Positions 25,381 through 37,647 of a DNA stretch of 60,000 nt are shown here, one piece after another. Numbering within the stretch: position 1 is the first letter of the stretch; every line of letters begins with the position of its first letter. Below the pieces are notes generated by a model. That model had not been told where the DNA came from, made no database searches, and saw only the letters and a program-made list of their open reading frames with translations. The position numbers and the translations under genes were made by a program. This DNA comes from Squalus acanthias (lineage: Eukaryota): positions 17,362,001 through 17,422,000 of the forward strand of contig CM059432.1 in the NCBI GenBank assembly GCA_030390025.1, in the 5' to 3' direction.

Positions 25381-25539
25381 AAGAATTTACTAGGAATGTC
25401 TTTACAGAAACAGTGGAGTGGTTGAAACAGATAGCATATAAGGGGAGGCTTGATGCATACATGAGGGAGAAGGGAATATGGGATATGGGCCAGGGTGGAA
25501 AGAGGTAATTAGAGCGAGAGGAGGCTTGTGTGGTGAAGC

Positions 25540-27149
25540 TACCAGATCGCAAATCACACACGGCATCAAGTCTGGGTTGCCACGGTCTCTCTGGGAGTCT
25601 ACCATCCTTTGCAGACTGGAAATGCGCACAGCCTTTTGCAATCTTGGAGGCGGACTCCTCCACACTCCTTATCATTGCCGCGAGGCCCTCGGGCAACCTT
25701 ACCATTGCAAGTATCATCTCCGCGTGCATGTCCATCACCCTTCTTCGAAAGGCCTCCCCATTGAGGTCCTCATCTGAGTCCCGTGCAGCAGAACTCGCCC
25801 TCCGGTGAGCTGGTCCCCGAGCTATCCTTTCCCCCTGGCCTTGCTGCAGCCCACTCGTCCCTGGTGCCTCACCCTGTGCAGATTCCGCTACTATACTAGT
25901 CTCTAAAGAATGCGTAGTGCCAGTATCTGAGCTGGTGCCTGCGGGTGAGACATGCAGTGACGCGGTGTGTTCTTCTTCCTCCTCTTCTCCCGCCTCGCTC
26001 TCATTGGTGCCCTCAGGGATAGGCTGCTCAGGTGCTTGCTCATTATCTGAAAGCATAAATGCACAAGAGTCGGGTTAAGGTGAGGGGAGGGGGGCAGGAA
26101 GGGAGAAATGCATGCATACAGCATGATTAGCTGGAAAGTGCGAAATGCTTGTGGGGTGAGGGGGAAGTGGGATGTGAGAAGAAGGAGTAGGGTTAAACAT
26201 ATCGTTGTTGTCCCCAAGGGGGTCAACATCGCCGGCGGCCATGGCACCCACCACCTGGTGCCCAATAATCTGCAGCACTCCATTCTCCAGTGCAGACAGT
26301 GGTTGGATGTCGGCTTGTCCCCCGCCTGTGCGCTCCTGCTCCCTCCTGTTGTGAGCCACCCAGGCCTACAAGAGGAAGGAAAGTGTGTGAGTGAGTGTGG
26401 AGCAATGTGTTTGGGTGATGTGCCTGCCATAGTTGAATAGCTGTCATTGTGTGCAAGGTGTGAGATGTTGGTAGGTAGAAATTGTTGGTGGGTGTGGTGT
26501 TTTGGGCAGTGTGTGAGACTATGGTTCAGATGGTGGTATGTATAATTTGTTGAAGCATTGACTCACCCTGACCACCTGAGTGAGGTCGTTAAATTTCTTC
26601 CTGCACTTTGTGTGGGTCCTGGGGACCACAGTGCTGCCCGAGACGTGCTGCGCTACCTCCCTCCACATGGTGTGGAAGACTTGTGGCGAGGGCCTCCTGC
26701 CACTTGCCGCGTAGAACACTGTCCTCCGTCTCTCCACAGCGAACACCAATGTCTCCAATGCTTGATCGCAGAATCTGCGGCCTCTCTCCCTGGGGCATGG
26801 ATCTGCCATGAGTACAGCTGCTTCAGTCCTCTGGCTCCTTCTACTTGACCTGCTGCTGCTTGCTGAGGCAGCTGCACAGCCAGCAATGCTGAGAATGAGG
26901 TTCTGCAGCATCAGTGAACCTCCGCTTTAAGAACTGAAAAAGCCTGTGGCTATCATGACTTGCGATTAGACTTTACCTGATATTGGTTCACTCTTTGCGT
27001 GTAACGCCAATGAGCTTGGGCTTAAAGACTTGAATTAGCGTTCCAATCATTTCTTTGAGCAGTGAGCACGAATTTTGCATTCAGTCTAAAGCACTAGCAC
27101 CTTTTTGAATGATACCACCCATTCCTGGGCTATAATGAATTTCTAGCCC
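25540..27149 (-). mobile_element. PIF/Harbinger fragment with an intron-containing Myb/SANT-like (trihelix) gene
   Basis: RF..LETLV..W.EVA..RT..KCRKKFNDL motif. Exons ~26809-26567, 26365-26203 and from 26046. TIR-like GGGCTAGAAATT at the right end. Confidence 0.8.
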
Positions 27150-27174
27150 ATGAATTCTTACGGGAATTATATGA

Positions 27175-27748
27175 GAGACCACACCTGGAGTATTGTGTAC
27201 AGTTTTGGTCTCCTTACCTAAGGAAGGATATACTTGCCATAGAGGGAGTGCAACAAAGGTTCACCAAACTGATTCCTGGGATGGGGGGATTGTCCTATGA
27301 GGAGAGATTGAGTAGACTAGGCCAATATTCCACAGAATTTAGAAGAATGAGAGGGGATCTCATTGAAACATACAACATTTTTACAGGGCTTGACAAGGTA
27401 GATGCAGGGAGGATGTTTCCCCTGGCTGGGGAGTCTAGAACTAGGGGTCACAGTCTCAGAATAAGGGGTCAGCCATTTCGGACTGAAATGAGGAGAAATT
27501 CCTTCATTCAAAGGGTTGTGAATCTTTGGAATTCTCTACCCCAGAGGGCTGTGGATGCTCAGTTGGTGTGTATATTCAAGAGAGATATCAATAGATTTTT
27601 GGATATTAAGGGAATCAAGGGGTATGGGGATAGTGTGGGAAGGTGGAGTTGAGGTAGAAGATCAGCCATGATCTCATTGAATGGCGGAGCAGGCTCGAAA
27701 GGCCGAAAGGCCTACTCCTGCTCCTATTTCTTATGTTCTTATGTTCTT
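27175..27748 (+). mobile_element. CR1 3' fragment
   Basis: [19 protein letters not shown] plus TTCTTATG tail. Confidence 0.9.
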
Positions 27749-28610
27749 AATGCTTCTTAACACTGATTGGCTGTTAGCCAAGTTTAGCTATAGTGCCATT
27801 ACAGAACGAAGACTCATTTTCTGGTAGAAGTGACTTTGTGATAGTCTTGGCTCCCAGTGCTAAGGAAGCTGTGCCATTTACATGGAAGAGCAGATTCCAC
27901 GGCAATGGGTGGCAGGCTCAAACAAATGTGTATGCATAAGCTGGCACATGCACACTTGTTTGAATGTCATAATTTACAACTCATTTGAAGGGCACTTTGA
28001 CCACTGGCCTGTACAAGTGGGCTTAGCGGTCAGCTTACACTCGGCCAACAAATATGGTGTGGCCTTTGGCGGTGCCAGGCGAAGTCACTTCTCTAGGTGG
28101 GTTTTGGCAGTTTCTGAGTTGGTAGCATTGTGCTATTTACCGTATAGTGCTACCACTAAAGTCAGGGCTGCACCATTAAATGGGACACAATCGATCGTTG
28201 TGTTTGTTAAGCATGTCTTTAAACGTTTGCTGGATTTGCATGAGATGTCATTCAGATCAAAAGGTGGCAACTTTGTCTAGGGTTGGTCTGACTAGTTTCT
28301 CATTCCCTTTTCACTTCTATATGTATATACTGTATATATATATATAAAAAAATGGAAAAGGAGGAGGGAGTTGCATGGCCAACCAAAGAGTGTTATCGAG
28401 TGGAAATCTGTCCTTTAAGAAAGAAAGACTTGCATTTACATAGCGCCTTTCACGACCACCGGACGTCCCAAAGCGCTTTATAGCCAATAAAGTACTTTTT
28501 GAAGTGTAGTCACTGTTGTAATGTGGGAAACGCAGGTAAGAACATAAAAAGTGCGAATGAGAAAAAGCTATTTCACCATTCAAATGCACTCCTTTCACAG
28601 ACCATATATA

Positions 28611-29383
28611 GGACTAGAAATACGCGAGCTCCCCCCTTGTAGGGTACATACCCTATACCTGAATGCAGAGGTCTGAGGAGCCCTGGCTATTGGGCCTCGG
28701 ATCTCATTAGAATGAAGACGGTTCTGCGGGAGAAACCCAATGAAGAGGAATGGACAAAGAACGGGCCACTGCTAACGCCGCAGCGGCCCACAGGTAAGTA
28801 CTGGCCTCGGGAGGGGAGTGGAATCGCAATCCTCGGGTGGTGGGGTGGGGGGGGGGGATCGTGGCCGTTGTGGGGGATTGCTGGACTCGGGGAATCGTGG
28901 GTCTCGGGGTGGCGGGGGTAGGTAGCGGCAGCCGCCAGCGGCCGGCGGGGTCAGGGCCTGGTTCGGAGGTCGTGTAGCCTGGAGTCGCGGGGTTCAGGGA
29001 TCTCGGGGCCAGGGGAGCCGGGATCTGGGGCGATCGCAATGGGTCCTTTAATGTGGGGTCCGGAGGAGCACTCCTCCCGGCTTCACATTGAGGAAAATAA
29101 CTTATCGTTCTTTGTTGCAGGGGTTATGTAGGGTTGGTTCCACCTGTATTGGCGCTGGCGCTGGCTGCCTCAGGGCAAATTAATTTTGCAGTGGGAACCA
29201 GAAGCAGGCGTTATTTGCATATGTAAAGGGCCGAACACCTGATTCAGGAGTGGGTAATGGACGCCTCTTGTTTGTTTATACCCAATTGGAAGTGTGTGCG
29301 CATGTCCTACCCGCCATTTTGGGGACTGATGAGACTCTGTAGCACCTCAAAAATTGGTGCTACATGGCCCAATTTCTAGGCCC
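28611..29383. mobile_element. Probable Harbinger-type non-autonomous element, GC-rich
   Basis: Imperfect TIR GGACTAGAAAT / ATTTCTAGGCCC with ATA on both flanks. Confidence 0.55.
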
Positions 29384-30039
29384 ATAATCCACTGTGGTGT
29401 CAACTCTATCTCACCTGTATAATGCTTTAAGTGATAGTTTTGCATAAAAACTCCCAATACTTCTTGATCCCCAAAGATAATCAAGCGAGTTTTCAGATTC
29501 TCTGTTGTCACATCTGCCCTCAACAGTGGCCCAGCCATGTTCCATTGCAGGCACAGCACATAGCTCATGGAGTATTCATTTTAGTTTATACACATCCCTA
29601 AAACCCTCAGATATTTATCCCTTACATATTGAATTTTAAACATAGAATAAACTACCACTTCCTGGTGCACAGCTGCAGCAGCATAGATAAGATGCGGACC
29701 ATCTATGACTTGCTTATTTATTTTTACCAGCTACAGTCTCTCCAAGTCTTTCTGTGTACCCAGCAACCACCAAAGATAAATAAGTGAGACATCTCGAGCT
29801 GCATCGTGTTATTACACCACGTAATGTACAAAACAAAATAACAGAATAATCTTTGGTGCTTCATAAAACATTGATAGAATTGAACAGCCCATCTGCCACC
29901 CCCATCTGTCACGCACGGTATATCAATGACATTTTTAAATTACGAGTTGATCTCTCACGGCATTGCACATGGAAAAATCAAGTCCGAGTGTAGTATTCAG
30001 ATCAGGCACGGTTAGCGGGCAGGGGATCATTGGCAAAGA

Positions 30040-30420
30040 CGGGGAAGCGGACGGGGAGGGAGGCAGTTAGGAGGAGCAGAGGGACAGGGAGAGATGAGTG
30101 GGAGTAAAAAGGGGAGGGGGAAGAAGTGGGAGGGCAAGCAGAGGGAAGAGCGAAGAGGGGATAAAGGAGGAGTATGGAAAAAGGGGAAAGAGGGGAGGAG
30201 GAATGGTGGTAGGAAGTAAAGGGGAGAAGAGGGGAATGAGGGAAAGTGAAACAGCGGTAGGAAAGGGATGGTAGAAAGGGGGCAGGAGGAGGTTGTGAGA
30301 ATGGGGGAGGTTAGGAGGAAAGGGGAAAGAGGGGGATAGAGGACGAGGGAGGGGAAGGTTATGGTGGAAAGGAGTTAAAGGAAGCAGGGCTGTTGGGGGC
30401 GGGGGGGCAGTAAAATATCT
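30040..30420. repeat. Purine-rich (G/A) low-complexity tract
   Basis: Almost pure GGA/GGG/GAA sequence. Confidence 0.8.
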
Positions 30421-30574
30421 AAGTAGGGGTCTGGGCTGGACTGGCAAACTCTCTCAGCAGTTCAGGGGGAGGTGTTACTCAGCAGATAGGGGCAGGGGTC
30501 TGGTATATGGCAGGGGTATTGAATTACATTACCTTTCTTCCTGCCTGGAACTGGATTTTCAACTCAGTGGGAGT

Positions 30575-30949
30575 TAGGGTTGCCAACTCGAGCTGGGTGT
30601 ATTCCTGGAGGCTGACCCCCACATGACCCCCCACCTTCGACTGCCCGACTCGGTCAAACAGCCTTCTTTCCATCTCTAATATTTTTATAACTAATAAAAC
30701 AAAAGTGTTCAAAGAAATGAAGAAAAAACACACAATTTGTTTCAATACCCCTATGATTGTTCTTCTGGGTTGCTTGCAGCGGTGTTCAAGAGATTAATCT
30801 TTTGTCAAATTTTTTGTCTTATAATACTCCTGTGCAGCGCTTTGGAACATTTTGCTGCGTTAAAGGTGCTATATAAATACAAGTTGTTGTTGTTGTTGTT
30901 GTTAATTCCTGCAGACTCCAGGACAATGCTGGGAGGGTTGGTAACCCTT
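30575..30949. mobile_element. hAT MITE containing an L2 tail insertion (~30810-30903)
   Basis: TIR TAGGGTTGCCAAC / GTTGGTAACCCTT; 8-bp TSD GTGGGAGT/GTGGGATT with one mismatch. Confidence 0.75.
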
Positions 30950-32021
30950 GTGGGATTCTCCTCATTTGGCCTGAGAGAACTCTCTGCTCAGCAGGGCCTA
31001 TCACTCCAGGGATATTTTATCTTTAGCCTGGGCCAGATTTTGTTCTTAACAGAGAGGGGGGGTTTCTAGGCGAATTTTGTGTCGGGGGAGTGGTGGGCGG
31101 AATACCCTACCTTTGCTCCAGGTATCTCCCATTTACAGAGGACACTGGGCCGTGTCAGCTGCTTGCCACGTCCGTTTCCCACTCTCTGTCAATCAGCCAC
31201 TGCCCCATGGGACCAACACTTTTAGAACACAATTAATGCCACCTCTCCCATGCAGATCGCGTCCTTTGCGTCCTATTCGCACCTACTGCTGGAAGATTAT
31301 CACCATTCCTGATCCCCTGCCCCCTTTCGGAGGCTGGCCTGTCAGGGTCTGCAGCTTTTCTAAGTGAAGGGTTGATCCCAGGTCAAACTCAGAAGGGACA
31401 GGGCACGCAGGGAGGGGTAGCAAAGCCTAGCGTCAATCTTCAGACCCGTTTTAGCTGGGGCTGGGTTGGGGGGGGGCCGGGGGGGGAGCTGGGGGAAGAG
31501 CTGTGGATTGGGATGTGGACTGGGCTAAACGGAGGCACTAGCTCATTGTTCCACGTGAGTGTCATTGGTGAAGGCAATGTTCCACTAGTCCGGAGATGGT
31601 TTGACTGCTGGAGGTTTATGGGCTTATTTTCTGGATATTGAAAGGACAGCGTGGTTAACGTGTCTAGTGGAGAGAATTGCTCTTTATGGATGTGGGAGCA
31701 TTGTTGCAAGAATGGCAAGACTGCCTCCACAATGTCCAGTACGGAATACAGGGGGAACATCGGAAGTACGGGTCGAAACATTGGACACAAGTAAGGAGTT
31801 AAAAAATATCAACACATTTCAATTACTGTGCATGGCGTTGCTCCATACCTACAAATTAGATGCAAAGTGAGATCTGAAAAGTACAGTAGGGCTGTCACGT
31901 AACATAAGGTGGGGCCCCATTTTACTTAGTGGGTCAAATAACTTGACCCCTTAGTGCCACATACAGGTGCTCATCGTTTTTAAATAATTTATTTTGAATC
32001 ATTACATTCATTTATTATTTT

Positions 32022-34820
32022 AAGAACATAAGAACGTAAGAATTGGGAGCAGGAGTAGGCCATACGGCCTTTGAGTCTGCTCTGCCATTCAATAAGATCA
32101 TGGCTGATCTCCGACCTCAACTCCACTTTCCCCCCGATCTCCATATCCCTTGATTTCCCTAGAGTCCAAAAATCTATCTATCTCAGCCGTGAATATACTC
32201 AAAGACTCAACATTTACAGCCCTCTGGGGCAGAGAATTCCACCCTCTGAGTGAAGAAATTCCTCCTCATTTCAGTCTTAAATTGCCTACTGCTTATCCTG
32301 AGACTATGCCCCCTAGTTCTAGACTCTCCAGTCTCCAGTCAGAGGAAACAACATAAGAACATAAGACGTAGGAGCAGGAGTAGGTCATTTGGCCCCTCGA
32401 GCCTGCTCTGCCATTCAATAAGATCATGGTTGATCTGATCATGGCCTCAACTCCACTTCCCTGCCCTGCTCCCCAAAATCCTTGACTCCCTTATCGTTCA
32501 AAAATCTGTCTATCTCCACCTTAAATATATTCAATGACCCAGCCTCCACAGCTCTCTGGGGAAGAGAATTCCAAAGATTCACGACACTCTGAGAGAAGAA
32601 ATTCCTCCTCATTTCCGATTTAAAAGGGTGCCCCCTTATTCTGAAAGTATGCCCCCTAGTTCTAGAGTCCCCCACGAGGGGAAACATCCTCTCTGCATCT
32701 ACCCTGTCAAGCCCCTTCAGAATCTTATATGTTTCAATAAGATCCCTCTCATTCTTCTAAACTCCAATGAGTATAGGCCCAACCTGCTCAACCTTTCTTC
32801 ATAAGATAACCCCTTCATCTCCGGAATCAACCTCGTGAACCTTCTCTGAATTGCCTCCAATGCAAGTATATCCTTCCTTAAATAAGCAGACTAAAACTGT
32901 ACGCAGTACTCCAGGTGTGGTCTCACCAACGCCCTGTACAGTTGTAACAGGACTTCCCTACTTTTATACTCCATTCCCTTTGCAATAAAGGCCAACACTC
33001 CATTTGCCTTCCTAATTACTTGCTGTACCGTGGATAACCTAGCATTTTCCCACATTAAACTCCATCTGCCAGATTTTTGCCCACTCACTTAGCCTATCTA
33101 TATCCCTTTGGAGATTCTTTGCAGTCCTCCACACAATTTGCTTTCCCACTTATCTATGTATCGTCAGCAAATTTGGCTACATTATACTTTGTCCCTTCAT
33201 CCAAGTCATTAATATAGATTGTAAATAGTTGAGGCCCCAGCACTGATCCCTGTGGCACCCCACTAGTTACAGTTTGCCAACCTGAAAATGACCATTTATC
33301 CCGACTCTCTGTTTTCTGTTCGTTAGCCAATCCTCTATCCATGCTAATAATGGGCCAAAAATTCGGCCCTTCCTGGGTGAGTAAGGCGTCCTGAAGTGCC
33401 GGTTTCCTGCATGCACTGCGCATGCGCGGGAAACCAGAACTTCCGGTCTGGTGAAGGGGGCGGTTCATAGGTGAACCGCGTGCACGGTAGAGGCTGCGCG
33501 CACGCAGCAAACTTAGGTTTTTTTTCAGGTTTCTATGGGAGGGTAAGTTTTGAAGAACCTATGCTTTTAAAAAGGAGGCGCAGGACCCGTTTTCAACAAG
33601 GTAAGTGGTTAATTAAGTATAATTAAAAATTTTTCAACAGGTTTATCTTTTTTAGATACTTTAAAGAAAGGTAAGTTTATTTTTAGCACTGTTAAAAAGT
33701 ATTTTAATTTTTTCAAAAATTTAAATTTTTGTTTAAAGTAGTTAATTTATTTAACTTATAGTTATTTTATAAATGTGATGGTTTTAAAAAAATTTATTTT
33801 AAGTTTAGCTGTTCTTTTGGGGCCGATTTCAATTCATAGATTTGACAGGTCTCCTGTCAAATCTATGAATGAAAGATGGTCTGCTGCCATTGGCTCTCCA
33901 TGGCCCATGTGATCCCAGGGGGCGCATCACACTATCTGCGCCCCTGGGACACGCAAGCACTACGCGCCGGCACTTGGAGCAGGCCCAGGAGCTGAAGTTC
34001 CCGTGGGCCCAGAGGTCAACGGCAGGCGCGGTAGGTAAGTGCGTGTGCGATCTTTACCCCCGCGGCAAGCCGGAGAGGCGAATTTCAGGGCCATTACCCC
34101 CAACCCCGTGAGCTCTTATCTTGTGTAGTAACCTTTTTTGTGGCACCTTATCAAATGCCTTCTGGAAATCCAAATACACGACATCTATTGGTTCTCCTTT
34201 ATCCACCCTGCTCGTTACATCCTCAAAGAACTAACTTGTCAAACATGATTTCCCTTTCATAAAACCATGCTGACTCTGCTTGACTATATTATGATTTTCT
34301 AAATGTCTTGCTATCACTTCCTTAATGATGGACTCTAGCATTTCCCAATGACAGATGTTAGGCTAACTGGTCGATAGTTGCCTGCTTTCTGTCTCCATCC
34401 TTTCTTAAATAGGGGCGTTACATTTGCAGTTTTCCAGTCCGCTGAGACCTCTCCAGAATCCAGGGAATTTTGGTAGATTACAACCAATGCATCCACTATT
34501 TCTTCAGCCACCTCTTTTAAGACTCTAGGATGCACGCCATCGGGTCCAGGGGACTTGTCCACCTTTAGTCCCATTAGATTGCCTAGTGCTTTCTCTCTAG
34601 AGATAGTGATTGTTTTAAGCACCCCCCCCCCCCCGACCCCAAAAGCCCCTTGATTATCCATTATTGGGATGCTTTTAGTGTCTTCTACCGTGAAGACCAA
34701 TACAAAATATTTGTTCAAGGTCTCTGCCATTTCCCTGTTTCCCATTATTAATTCCCCAGACTCATCCTCTAGGGGACCAACGTTTACTTTAGCTACCCTC
34801 TTCCTTTTTATGTACCTGTA
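32022..34820 (-). mobile_element. CR1 LINE fragments (two tails plus RT region) interrupted by a MITE
   Basis: [29 protein letters not shown] and RPHLEYC remnants on the minus strand. Confidence 0.9.
33352..34092. mobile_element. Harbinger-type MITE, diverged inverted relative of 9355-10098
   Basis: TIR GGGCCAAAAATTCG / CGAATTTCAGGGCC, flanks AAT/ATT, splits a CR1 RT; hairpin at 33832-33870. Confidence 0.8.
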
Positions 34821-34952
34821 TATAAAAACCTCTCTGCATCTACCCTGTCAATCCCCCTCAGAATCTTATATGTTTCAATGAGATCACTTCTCATTCTTCT
34901 AAACTCCAGGCCCAATCTACTCAATCTCTCCTCATAGGACAACCCTCTCATC

Positions 34953-36552
34953 TGTAGAATTCGCAAATTATCGCGATTTCAAAATAATGAGAAAGAGACA
35001 TACAGTTTCGTAAAAACAGCTTTATTTCAGCAAAATGCTGTCAGGTTCAAAAACGGACACAAGAAGCCTGTAAAATGGCCGCCGCGCCTCATGGCAGAAG
35101 GTTCCAGATTTCTCAGTAGGCAGACAAGATGGCGTTTCAATAAACATTTCAGCAAGATCGGACAGTGCTCAGCATATTGATATAAGACAAGACGTGATCG
35201 TTTTGCATTTCTAACATCTAAGCAAGAAATATAAGTGCTGGAATCGGTTTTCCATACACCAACGGGGGCTATTGTACTGGGTAATTAAGGGACCATCCAA
35301 AGACATTGATACGCAAATTCCCCGCGGCTCTACGATGAGAGAGCCGTTCGCGGGTACTCACAACAAGAATTCGGAGGCCCCCAAAACCCCTCCAGGGAGA
35401 CTCCTAGCCGGTTCCACAAAGGGAGAAATATTAACGGGTACTTAGACAGTTACAAGTATCACCAAAACCCATTAACGACAAGAACCACCCCATACAAGAA
35501 GTTTGAGCGCCAAAACATGACAAAAGATGAACATTAAGTTTGGGCAGGAGATAATGAATTACAGTACTATAACTGTAGTGTCCAAGCGCCCATCACTCTC
35601 TTATCCTTTTCATTCACTTGGAATCGTCTCTTGGCTATTCTCCCGGACGACCGTTACTCTCTCTTGTTCCGCTGATCCCTTTTGGGGTCGACCTCGTGGC
35701 GCGCTGCGAAATCGGGTTCACCATCCCGAAGGTCGGTAAACGGTGTCTGGACCCGAAGGCCCGAGGAGATGTGATGAGATGAGAAGAGAAGAAGAAGAAT
35801 CCACGTGCCGCCGCGGTCAGTAAACCCCGACCGCGCCCGAAAATATATAGACCATTTTTGAACTCTATAGGTTACTGCACGAACTGACACAGGAAAACTT
35901 TTCTTCGAATTCTATCGAACTGGTGTCGATCCAGAAAGACTTTTCTTTGAGTTCTACAGCCGGGCCCGAGCACTGTCGAGTTCTTCATGACAACGGGGAG
36001 CCCAGCCTGCTTGCAGCAGCAGAGCGAGTAAACAAGTGGGGTACAGAGACCCCTGATCAACACGTGAATAGTCAGGTGCTGTGGCAAAAACATCCGAGCA
36101 TCGGTTTAGAATTCTCCGAGTTATCACGAGTGGTGAGCATGGTTCTCGATCCTACAGATCTAGATTAGGACAGGTATTAATAGGGGAGGGTTTTGTTTTA
36201 AGGATAATTATAATGTGTGTCCCCTTTTACGATGTGTCGTGCGCTCCTCGTTTCCCTAAACCTAGTTGCATAAATGTACTGTCATTAACCTATGCTTATG
36301 ACATGTATTTCGTAATCTTGAACAATATGCAATAAAGATTTTCCATTTCGTACTATTCAACCGGGTCTACCTGAGTTTTCTCTGCATTACTGCTCTCGCA
36401 CCTAAGTCCAGTGTCAGAACCGTAAGGGCGAGTGGGTCGAACCACTCACAGGTGTCTAGTGCTACCAGGCTGGCTGGAGACCAGAACAGGCAACAAGGCC
36501 TAACCCCGCACTAGCACCCAGGCTAAGCACAGAGCCACGCGAACCCCTTACA
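34953..36552 (-). mobile_element. Complete solo LTR (1600 bp), copy C
   Basis: Minus strand TGTAAGGGGTTC...GAATTCTACA, 4-bp TSD CATC (34949-34952, 36553-36556), inserted in a CR1. Confidence 0.92.
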
Positions 36553-36605
36553 CATCCCAGGAATAAATCTAGTGAACCTTCGTTGCACTGCATCTAAGGC
36601 ATGTA

Positions 36606-37136
36606 CAGGAAACTCTTTATTAACCGGCACCGACGGGACCGGCGTGGTGCCGGTTAATCCAAAAGTCCGGATAACGGAGAGTTATATCTCCCAACGTACG
36701 AGAGCCCCTGTTTATCCCTCCCTGTTAATCATCGATCACAAAAAACTACTGCCAGAGTAGAACTGACGAATACCTCCGTGCTGCCAAAGACTGCAACCAG
36801 TTCCAGTTCCCACTTTCACAGCCACCTCATCCTCCCTCCGAACCAACGGAAATCACCCCTGCCACACTCCTCCTCACACACACTGACATGCGCCTGCATT
36901 CGGAGCTCCGTCTCCCCGGGGACCGCCAGCTGACCATCTGTCGTGTCCGCTGCCTACCCAGGCTGCACATTCCCCTCCCAATCTACACGCTCCGATACAA
37001 GGCAAACGCCTCGGGGTTTTTTTTAAAGTTAATTTTAAAGGAGAGATGAAGGAAAACCCCGGTTACCTACTCAAGAATTTTGCCGGTTAAGAGAGATTTC
37101 CGGATATTTGGGTGCCGGTTAATAAAGAGTTTACTG
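36606..37136. mobile_element. Tc1/mariner (pogo/Tigger-type) MITE
   Basis: 26-bp TIR CAG(G/T)AAACTCTTTATTAACCGGCACC with TA TSD, inserted in a CR1. Confidence 0.9.
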
Positions 37137-37647
37137 TATATCCTTTCTCAGATAAGGAGACCAAAACTGTGTCCAGTACTCCAGACTTCCTTACTTTTGT
37201 ACTCAAAACCCCTTGCAATAAAGGCCAGCATGCCATTTGCCTTCCTTATTGCTTGCTATACCTGCATGCTAACTTTCTGTGTTTCCTATATGAGGACACC
37301 TAAATCTCTCTGAACACCAACATTTAATATTTTCTCACCATTTAAAAAATATTCTGTTTTTCTATTCTTCCTACCAAAGTGAATAACCTCACATTTCCCC
37401 TCATTATACTCCATCTGCCACCTTATTGCCCACTCACTTAACCTGTCTATATCCTTTTGCAGGCTCTTTGTGTCTCCTCACATATATATTTAATGATGCT
37501 GACATAAGTTAGAACTAATACTACTTAGGATTACATAGGATTACATAGCACAGAAACAGGTCATTCGGCCCAACCAGTCCATGCTGGCGTTTATGCTCCA
37601 TTCGAGCCTCCTCCCATCTTTCCTCATCTAACTCTATCAGCATAACG

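Noticed and set aside
30067..30447. Pro/Leu/Phe-rich ORF
   Set aside because: Translation of a low-complexity purine tract.
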